NCBI GenBank assembly: GCA_030141605.1
Contig: JAQGDQ010000161.1
Location: 372,001 to 436,000, forward strand
Direction of reading: 5' to 3'
DNA: 64,000 nt
Source: Tubiluchus corallicola
Lineage: Eukaryota > Animalia > Priapulida
Position 1 is the first letter of the stretch; every line of letters begins with the position of its first letter. The notes below the pieces were generated by a model, which saw nothing but the letters and a program-made list of their open reading frames with translations, was not told where the DNA came from and made no database searches. The translations under genes were made by a program, and so were the position numbers. Positions 27,985 through 38,529 of this stretch are shown in pieces.

Positions 27985-28490
27985 ATATATGTTTGTTTAT
28001 TGGACCAACTTTACAAATACATGTAATGCGTCAGCAAAAAAAAGATACGACAAATTAAATCAATACCGAAGGAAACGTTTACTAAAGACAAAATCCTTTA
28101 CAAAAGAAATATATGTGTAATGGTCCGGGGTATAGGACAAAATAGCAATTAATTCATACAGGTGACAAAAATAATTATCACAACATTGTTACAAAAAAGG
28201 AGTATTAATATCTTTCTACACTATTGTATCTGCATTTTATATAGGCAATAAATGATTCCTATTACTGACTCCTGACTCCAGAAAGAACACAATAATTTTA
28301 CATAATTCGATATCTTGGCTACTCAATAAAAAGTCAAATTTATCATTGCCATTTGGTATGGCAGGAAATGTAGGGTACAACTTTTTCAATATTATTAAAT
28401 CGTGTTATTACTGAAACGTGGCATACTAACTAATGCTATGTGACGAAGAACGCAAAAGAGTTCTACGACCTGTGGAGAAAGTAGTGCGAC
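27985..28490 (-). mobile_element. Degenerate LINE 3' end
   Basis: Minus strand reads LLRSSSHS and LKKLYPTFPAIPNGNDKFDFLLSSQDIELCKII, like a LINE ORF2 C-terminus with stops; ends in an aataaacaaaca tail. Confidence 0.5.
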
Positions 28491-29450
28491 GACCACTGTC
28501 TGCGCATGCACGGCATTTAAAACGCGGCATGGCGACTACTAATAAAATGGTTTACGAATTTAAGCTTAACCGAGGAGTGAATTCATGTAATAAAATTCGG
28601 TGGTATTGGGTCATGGCGAAATTAGATACTGTAAACGTTTTGAAAATGCAACATAGGAGTCACATGGTTTTTATATTTTTTACCAAAACTGTTTTCCAGA
28701 GCACGCCCCGGCGTATTTTTGGTTTGATGCGCTGAACCCTGCAGCAGAGCAGACTTACGGTTGCGTGGCAAGTGACAGGCGATATAGCCAGCAGGACTAA
28801 TAAAAATACGGGTTAAATTGCAATCCTTCTCTTTGGCTGTAGATTAAACAGTTAAGATAAATGTGAGGAAGTCGACCGATGCTTGTAAGCATATTAAAAT
28901 TCTGAAATCTAAATAAAGCATCATGAAATTGGCTTAAAATAGTAAAATTCTGAATACACACATGTACAAGCTTCTTGTGAATGTCACCAAACAAATTACA
29001 CTTTTGTTAAACAGTTACACGTTTGCGAGTTAAGCGTATTAAACTCGCGATTAATCAATTAACTTGAAATAACGTACACGTAATTTCATTGTATATGGAA
29101 CACTAGCTTGCAATGAAAGTATTCTCAAGAAACTGACGCACGTTTAAATTGTTTATTTTTTTGCATATATAAGATACGTGTATATAATGTGTATATAATA
29201 ATGACAGACGATGGAAAATGAAGATGAAAAACTGCAGGGAACCGGTCATCTCAGCCTCTTTTAACTTGTGATCACGTGTTCGTGATTTCAGAATTGTGAC
29301 GTAAATAAGTTTACATATACGACAAAAGAGCGAACTCAAACAAGGTCAGACTAAAACGTGATACTTTTACTGATTTTAACCTTACCGTGTAACATTAACC
29401 GATAATCACCTTACATACTAGCAACTCTCTTTCCTTTGATCTTTTCTTTT

Positions 29451-29466
29451 CTCTCTCTCTCTCTTT

Positions 29467-29560
<94 letters not shown>
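29451..29560. repeat. Compound (CT)n(AT)n microsatellite
   Basis: Direct reading; abuts the LINE fragment. Confidence 0.97.
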
Positions 29561-29563
<3 letters not shown>

Positions 29564-31311
29564 TTAAATCAATATGTGGACTGTGAAGTCGAGTTGTTTA
29601 GTGGCGCCCCCTTAATGGGACATTACCCTGTGATATCCAGCTTTAATACGTCGCAAGCAAATTTGGCAGAAAAGAAACATGTGTTCGACATTAAGGGTAG
29701 CAATTGGACAGAATGGTCACGTAACATAGACGAGCGCTTGATGGCAAACGACGTAGTCTTTAATAACTTGTTATTATCCAATGACGTCATTAGTATGTGG
29801 AACTGGTTTAGAGAAACTATTGCCGAAAGTAATATGTTGGCTCTAAAACGTAAAGTTATCTGCGCTCACAGTAAACCGTTCTGGACTGCAGAGCTATCAC
29901 GGTTATCAAGACTTGTTCGACTCAGCAGGAAGAAGTTCAAAAGACACTCAAGCTACGAAAATAAACTCATCTATATTACTGACAAAGAAAACTTTGATAG
30001 TGAACTTAGTAGTGCTATGAATAGATGGCTACAGAGCAAGACAGAAAAACTAAATGTAGAAAAAGGTGCCATCTTCTGGAAAACATATAAACAAATTTTT
30101 AAAGGTGTAAATAGCAATAATAATAGTAGTGTTGATATATTAATTAGTACTCGGATAGTGCTGATTTATTATATAAGACTTTTTTTAGTGGGGAACACAT
30201 GAACGCGGAAGAATTTGATGAAAACTGGAAAAATCACATTGAACGCTCATTATCAGTTATGGACTGGGAACAAAACGAAAATTTTTGTCTAAACAACTGG
30301 TTTAATTTACAAGAATTAGAAAATGCAGTAAGTGAAGTGCGAACTGAAGGCAAGTCGCTTGACTCCGATGGGTTTCACCCAAAAATGATAAAACATTTTG
30401 GGCCAGTCGCAAAAAATATTGTATTACGTATTGCAAATATGTGCTTAGAAAATCAATTATGGCCTTGGACGTGCACGAAAGTAATTCCACTAAAAAAACC
30501 TAACAAAATCGATTATTCAAATGCCAGTAATTATCGTCCAATAACCATTTCTTCGTATGTAGGTAAACTTGTTGAGCGTTTAATATCAAATAGACTTAAA
30601 AATCATTTCTTTCAGTTAAACTGCATTGATACAGAGCAAGAAGGCTTCATAAAAGGCAAAAATACAGTACGTTATTTAACCAGATTAGTTACTGATATGG
30701 AAGACGACATTTTGAATAATGCATACGGTATAACAATTTGCTGTGATTACGAAAAAGCGTTCGACAGTGTTTGGGTTGAAGGTTTATTATTTAAACTTAT
30801 TTGTGCAAATGTACGAGGGTCTATGTTACGTCTTATAGCAAATATATTACAAAATCGCAATATCTGCATAAAGATAAATGATTATATGTCCGATCAATAT
30901 CGATGCAATTTAGGGCTCCCACAGGGGTCAGTTATAGCCCCAATACTGTTTATATTTTTCATTGCAGATATGTTTTATAATATGCATGACTCTGTTAAAA
31001 AGTACAAGTATGTTGATGATGGATCTTTGCATGTGTCAAATACAGACCCGCAAACCTGTGTTACAATTGCACAAAGCTGTTGTGATGTGCTTCACAAATG
31101 GTGCCAGAAATGGCGTTTAAAGATAAATACGTTACCTGGTAAGACAGAAGCATTGCTAGTAGGGGTATGGGATGAAAATAACAAGCCAGACAATTTAAAA
31201 ATTAGTAACAATGAAATATTGTTTGTTGAAGACAGCAAAATATTAGGCCTAACTGTTGATCGGAATTTAACATTTGTTAAACACGCGGGTAATGTTCATA
31301 AAAAGGTATAA
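29561..31311 (+). mobile_element. LINE ORF2 internal fragment (end of endonuclease, linker, reverse transcriptase; I/Nimb/Jockey-group-like); one frameshift near 30145
   Basis: GHYPVI (APE end), KPFWT, SNYRPITISSYVGKLVE, QEGF, DYEKAFDSV, GLPQGSVIAPILF, YVDD, WCQKWRL, KILGLTVD. Confidence 0.93.
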
Positions 31312-32150
31312 TTTCTTTAATAAAGATTTATTATTATAAAAAAATCAGTCTCTCTCTCTCTCACTCCTTGGCAATAAAATTTTGATTCGATCGAAATTTC
31401 TAAAAACCGAGTTATCTAGGCTAAAGCCTGAGACGAGCAGAGATCACGAAAATTCAGCTTTGTAATCTACCACTTTGTGGACTAGTGGAGTCCGTACTCC
31501 TTAATGTGTAGTCCGTTCTCTTAATGATATATATATATTGTCGTCGTCGTTTACATTCATTTTAGCAACATCAGCAAAAGCAACAGTAACACCAGCAACT
31601 ACAACAACAACAAGACATCACCACCATTATAGTCATCGTCATCACAATCAACATCATCATCAGATACAGCAACACAAGTGTTGCAAACTTACTGAACCAT
31701 TTTTGTAATTGTACATGGCTTTGCAACAGCAGTGGCACTACATATTGCTAAGAAAAAAGAAATGCATTAAGGAAACCGCGCGGGCATATTTTAGTAAAAT
31801 GGATCTATATAAGTTTAATTACGTACAGTGTCTACTTGCAAAAATAACTTAAACATGTGGCTAGTGCAGCTTGAAATCAAGAAGCCTCACAATTACTTAT
31901 AATTTATGTTTACTTGACAGCACCTTGCAATTTTAAGTGATTGCATTCTGTAATTATAAGGTTTGTTTCTCACTTTAATTTCAATTTTCTCTGAAAAATC
32001 TAAAAATTCTAATAACGTATGTTGGAATACAGTACATCACACAGCAGAACATGTATTGTTAAAGGGAACGGAGTAGCCACGTATGTCGTTGTATGCATGG
32101 GTAATGCAATTTTGTCTTGCAGCCTGGCGAAGTTTCTGTAGGTAAAACTA

Positions 32151-32351
32151 TGTGACGTTTACCTACCATCCGGAATGCGAATGCGTTAATGTAGGTGCGG
32201 AATAGATAAAATCGGTTTATATTGCTTTCACTGCACCCGTTTATCTGACTGCGGAGTGCGTTATTTTTTCTGCAGCTATTTCATATTTATACGCAGCTAT
32301 TCCGTAAGTGGATAACGCATAACGCATTCCGGATGCCAGGTAAACGACACT
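32151..32351. mobile_element. About 200-bp palindromic MITE (TA-flanked; Harbinger- or Tc1-like)
   Basis: gtgacgtttacctaccatccggaatgcg is the near-inverse of cgcattccggatgccaggtaaacgacac. Confidence 0.7.
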
Positions 32352-33437
32352 TAGCCCGTTTAGGCAAGCAAATACTATAGTCTACCTTTAAATAAAATTG
32401 TTTTCGTATCGCACATTACACATTAAGAAAGGCATCGCACTCATAACAATTACCCAAAGCTAATATTAATTGAAAGAGGCGCAAAAAATTTGAACCTACA
32501 ACCTTGAACTTTAAGCACACAACATAAGAACACACATATATATTATTGATTTTGCAATGTCATTAACAAGTTATGCAATTCCACATTCACAACATCGGAT
32601 TTAGGCACAAGTTATAAATATAGGCTACAAGTTGAAGCCTCGTGGTTGTACTTTTTTAGTACAGTTTATAAATTACAAAAATCCGCAATTTTATCAAGTA
32701 ATTTCTAATGTATCATATATCATGTATTTCTAACAAGTTATATAGAACCTACATTATGTTTAGGCTTTAGGAATTACTCAAAATGCTGCGCGAGAATTCA
32801 TTTTCTGTGACAAAATTAGACAAAATTAGTCATTTTCCTGACAATTATTTGTTTACAGATCTTGGAATGTAACGCTCATGCAAAAATCTCTGGCAGCACG
32901 TGTATTCGCACACACCTACAACCTTATAATTTTTGCGAAGGTGAACCCTCTGTGGGGTTAAACCCACAGTTCCATTAATTATGAAAGAGATAATAAGCAA
33001 AAAATCAGGGTGCTGGGATTTGCAGCTCTCTGAAAGTTGCCATTTCATGAGATCTGCAGTATGATGCAGTAACGATTTTTTGCATTTTACTTAACTAGTT
33101 ACTTTATGACATCAGTAGCAGTTGTTCGAGAATGCTATATATTATAAGATTTTCCAGATGTGTTTACAGCAAGGTACACCGACCCCCAAGCATTTATGAA
33201 AACGTGTTTTGAAACAACATGAACCATTTTATTTGTCAATGTTACTTTTTAACCGAGACTGAAAGGTCAACACGTATTTAATATAAGGTATCTCATCTTA
33301 GTAGGTGTGTGGGTGGCAGGATGGACTGTAGACTGCGAACTCCACGTCTTTCCCAGAACTTAGGGCATCATGATACGTAAATCCAACGTTGGTTCGGAAT
33401 TACAGAATTATTGCGCGCAGGCTTATTTATTTATTAC

Positions 33438-35891
33438 TGTAGGGAGCCGAGTAACCCACTAGCGCAAGTAGACCACTTCCGGTAAAACCCATGCGCTAAT
33501 AGTGTCCTACATGGGCAGCCCCAAGTAGGACACTAGCGATTTTTGTCGAGAATCGGTAATTTTGTTAAATTTTTAAAAATTCTGTGAAAGTTTCTTCATT
33601 TTATTAAAAATTGTGCTTGTTGGTTGAGTTGTCGTCAGTTTGGCGTCATGAAAGCTTGCTTGACCAGGTGTTTAACTCAGCATGCTTACCTTATATTCAG
33701 AGACGCAGATGATTTTAGGAACGGCTACAATTATAGCAACTATTGGTCTTCGTCAGGGAAGCCCGACATCGTGTTTTCTTTTTACCTTGTACCTAAACTT
33801 GTTCGTGAGGCGAATTAAACACGAGTGTGGAATAGATGACTTTCTTGGTTGGGTTCATTGTTTACTGCTTATGGATGATACTGTCCTGCTTGCCACGTCC
33901 AGAAATGAGGCCATAAAGAAACTTTCTTTGCTTTTAGGATTTTGTGAAGAATCAGGAAAGGTCATCAATGTAGAGAAGACAAAATTTATGGTGGTGAACG
34001 GTTCCCTAGCGGACAGAGTGGAATTTGTAGTTGACAATTTGTGTGTGTGCTGAATTGCAATGATTACACTTATTTGGGGGTTGTCTTTACTCAAGATGGA
34101 TCGCCCGATGCTGCTGTTAGGGAACATTTTAAATCCAGGCAGCCACACGTGATGAAATTTGTCTCTTTTGTATCCAAGAACATCGACTTTCCATTTTGGA
34201 TAAAACGGAAGGTGCTAGAATCTGCATTGCTCTCGTCCATACTTTATGGGTGCGAAGCCTGGATATGTGGCAGTGCCCGTATTGGCGAGGTTCCGTACCG
34301 CACTACTATTAAAGCTCTACTGGGGGTTCGTACATCTACCACAAACGACGTTTGCTTGCTAGAGCTTGGCATGCCCTCACTTGAAGCGAGGGTAAAAAAC
34401 GTACAAAAAAAGTTCGTTTCGAAGTTGGTAAGCCAGCGTCACGCTATGACGGATGACCCGTTTATGCTGGTATGGAATTTATGTAAAGATACACGAACAA
34501 AGATACACGATGTAAAATATTTAGACAATGTTATGTCTACAGCGGATCACGTACAAGTAGATGTAGAGAGACGAAAGACTCATGTCCGAGCTTTTAATCG
34601 TACAAAATGCAAGACTTATTTGGAAATAAATCCCAATTTGTCTGTGCATCCAATGTATGGGAAGACAGAGTTACCTGAGCACAAACGTATAATCATCACA
34701 AGAATAAGGGTCTCATCACACAATCTAGCTATAGAAACAGGTCGTTGGGCAAATGTACCTCGTGAGCGCAGGCTGTGTCTTTGTGGAGAAATTCAGACAG
34801 AAGAGCATTTTTTGTGCGAGTGCCATGAAAATGCACTTTATAGATCACTGTACGCGTTAAATTATAGTAATATTGCAAATTTATTTGATGGAGAATTAAT
34901 GTCAATTGGAAATTTCATTTACGACTGTATGCATAGATTTGTTAATTAAATAGTATAGCTTTGTTAGCGGACACATAACCGCATCACGGAGATTATCACA
35001 TAGGTAAAATATTTGTATAATACATGTGTACAAATGTTTAGTAAATAGGTTTTTTTTCGGTTCATGGAGTGTACAACTAAATTTGCATATCTGTGTGTAT
35101 ACCTGTGCAGCTATGTTGAGTCAAATTGTTAGTATGATCTGGAAATCATTACCCGAGCTCTGCCCGCTAATAAAACCATCGGGTATGCGTTGATTTTGTA
35201 ATTTCGTGTTTGGAAATTTGATTTTCAGAAATAAAAAAAATATCTATCTATCTACGCAGGTATTGTTTTGCGATGAGTTTTGTAACTCGTTTACTGAAGT
35301 CTGGTAACAAAGCAGCTCATTTAGCACTCTAGCATTGTTCAGCAGTATGGTTATAATAGAGGTGAAATGAAACAATACTACAGGAACAATACATTTAAGA
35401 AAAGCAAGGATAGTTTTAATATTATCAGTAGTATTGTAACATGTAGGGCACTGTCCTACATGGCTCGCTAGCCCACGCAGGACACATAGATCGCTAGAAC
35501 GTTTACTTATAAGAAAACAATTATTTGCCCAAGAGGTAGTGAAACGGATCACCTGTTTGTGAAGTTAGACAAAATCAAAAAATGATATACCTTAAAGAAA
35601 TGTTGAATTCGCAAAAAAGTGGTTTTTTCACTTCAACAACATTAATGTCGAAACCAAATTTAATATTGTCCGTTCTACCAGCTCAGAATAAAATTCTTTT
35701 ATTTTATTAGATGTATAATAAATTATTCAACGTGTAGTAACGTTTTTAATTATTATTATTACATAAACAAGCACAACGGACGGTGTCAGTACACTTAACG
35801 ACTCAATTCGCGACCCGTCTCTAGTGTCCTACTTGGGCAGCCCATGTCTGCCGCGTCTTACTTGGGCTAGTGGGTTACTCGGCTCCCTACA
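33438..35891. mobile_element. Non-autonomous TIR DNA transposon with TGT...ACA ends (Ginger-like), containing a nested LINE
   Basis: 33-bp TIR TGTAGGGAGCCGAGTAACCCACTAGC(G/C)CAAGTA with one mismatch; perfect 5-bp TSD ATTAC (33433-33437, 35892-35896). Confidence 0.88.
33680..35255 (+). mobile_element. 5'-truncated LINE (RT C-terminal half, cysteine/histidine domain, 3' UTR and tail)
   Basis: GLRQGSPTSCFLF, LLMDD, INVEKTKFM, YTYLG, LYGCEAW, RVSSHNLAIETGRW..RLCLCGEIQTEEHFLCEC; frameshift near 34045; tail aataaaaaaaa(tatc)n. Confidence 0.92.
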
Positions 35892-37560
35892 ATTACAACT
35901 GACACAAAACTTCAGAACATAGTATGTTTGTACATGTATAAGCTATTAATGGCACTGTTATGGTAGCAGCAAAGTATACTGTAGTAGAGTACCAAAACTG
36001 TAGTACACCATGGTGCCACCTACAGGAATGCAGCAAAAAATTCATTTTACCTGTATGAAAAGTAAGCCTTGCAGTTGAGTCCACAGACGTTGTCCAATCG
36101 TTATTATCCGTACCATCATAAACGGAGGTCTTACACAGACTGCGACAAATCAACGAACGCATGCCGTTTCAACCTTTTTACTTCTAGTACTGTACACGTA
36201 TTTACCACAGAAACCTTGATAACACAACATCTCCAAGCATGTGATTTTAAAAACACCTCCTGTACGTCAATAAACTAATTCTCTTAAAAAAATGAGTAAA
36301 TGTTGAAGCAATTGCAGTGAGTTTCTTATTGCCGAGTTGTGATATTTCCACGAGCATAATGTAACACTCGTATTTCCGAACCACATCACCGTGCTTTCAA
36401 AATATGTATATGTACTATTATTATTGACGTGCTGACAATAAGGCGCATATTTCTAAACTAGGTAGCAACCACACACTGCAGCTTCGTCATCAATACAACC
36501 ACGCTGTTAACTATACACACTGCGACTCGTGGTAGAACAATTTTGTGATCACCCCCGTGAAAATACGGGCGAGTATCTTATAAATAGCGCACTCCCCAAT
36601 CCTGTGCGACGTGTATTACCAGAAACTTACTGTACTACAGCCAGACATACAGCCTACGCAAAACTCAACAGTGAATTGACGAACACGAGTACGCTTCTAA
36701 TCGTTATTATACACGTCATAGCTTTTGTCTTAGCAGCTTCTTCTTGCATTTCCAATCAGCTAAGTGCTGAAGTAGCTCAGCTGAAGATGTACAAGCAGTG
36801 GAGTCTGAGGCCCCTTGGGAGCATCGTATGCAGTTTGCTTAAAAAAAGCGCACACCATTAATTTTTCTGCAAAACGGGTGGCGACTGAGTAAACTTACAT
36901 CTGCTTCGGTCGCTCGCAGCAATACAAAGAAATAACTATGACCTCTTCATCTCGTTTCCCGAGCAGGTCCTGTAATGCTCAAATTCTATAAACAGAGCGC
37001 TGCATGAGCGGCTGTGTATACTCATCGATAAAAATTTCACTGACCCACGAAAAAAAATCACACATCCAAATGGCTTTATGCTGGTGGCTCATTGATATAA
37101 TAGTACCACTTGAGTACATGAATAATCAAAAATTAAGTGCTAAGCGTTAAACTTTTTATGAACGCTAATGCTGTGTCTCTATATGCAGTTTCGTTTAGCA
37201 ATCTCCGTCTAACACAGCACAAGCAGTTCATGGAAACAAGGATATATTAAGAAACCATATTGTAGACAACCATGAAAACTAATGTGATAACTAACCCTAT
37301 TACTGTAAATGTGGCTGATTTTCATAACATGGCTATTGTGGTTTTCTTGTAAAAAAACTCAACAAAATCAGTAAAAATCTAAACTTCTTTAAATTTAATG
37401 CAATATTTTTTATCATCGCTAAGCAGTTGCGCTCTCCTGTCTCAATTTATTATGTTTTGCACTGCACAAGAAATTTGCATAAACGAATTTTACAGCTGAT
37501 CATCTACTGATAGCAAACGTTGCATTTTAAATGATCAGAGGTTGTTTTTCTATTACTTAC

Positions 37561-37672
37561 AAATAAAAACACCACACTTCAAGACGGAAACAATCACGTA
37601 TTAAAACATAAAATAAAAACACCACACTTCAAGAAGGATACAATCACGTATTAAAACATAAAATAAAAACAC
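37561..37672. repeat. 50-bp tandem duplication (about 2.2 copies)
   Basis: aaataaaaacaccacacttcaag...ttaaaacata at 37561 and 37611, two mismatches. Confidence 0.9.
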
Positions 37673-38529
37673 AGAAGCAGAAAAGAAAATCACAGACCAC
37701 AATCACAGAAACTGGAAGATTGCGACACAAACTTTTTAAAAATTAGTACTAGCATCCTTTTGTTATTTTACCTTTCTTCCTCTTGTTTACCGCCTGATGA
37801 CAAACGCCATTGCCATTTAAAACGCAGAGCTTTTTCAATGTTTTGTCAGTGGAATTTTTTTTAATAATTATGACTGTTCTTGTCATTAAGAATTAAATTT
37901 GTATCTAATTAACTCATTTCATTTAATAACAGTTTTTTCACAAAACTGAATCACAAATTTTCAATACAGAAAAGCATCATTTAGCAGTTGATTAATGGGG
38001 CAAGGTAATCAATACTTACACTTTTTCAACAAGTAAAATTAACCGCTGGAGCTTGAGATCTATGGGAAAGACTAGAAGTTTTATGACAGGAAGTTGGGCT
38101 ACAAACCTGAAGATGATTCAATTTTGTCAAAATTTATAAAATACTGTATATTTATATGTTTTATATATACAGTACATATAAAGATACGTAAACTTGCTAA
38201 ATTTGCATAAGTCTAGAACTAGCTGTAAAAACCTGGGAGATTTTTTCTGTGGAATGGGAAAACTATTAAAAATTGCCTCTGAATTTCAAGTAAAAAAGCA
38301 TCTCGAAGTTTGATTATGATCTCTCAACTATCGTACCAAGTTGATGACTGTTTTTCGTATATTTTAGTAAATTTGTTCAAAGGCGAACCAGGAAGATGCA
38401 GAAAAGGAATGTCAGCCAAACTGTGACAGTCCAGGCAAACCAAATGGCTGACCAAGAAAGCCAGAGGTGGCTAATTACTGCATTTTACTGACCATATACT
38501 GAACTAATCAATTATGGTACAAATTGGTG

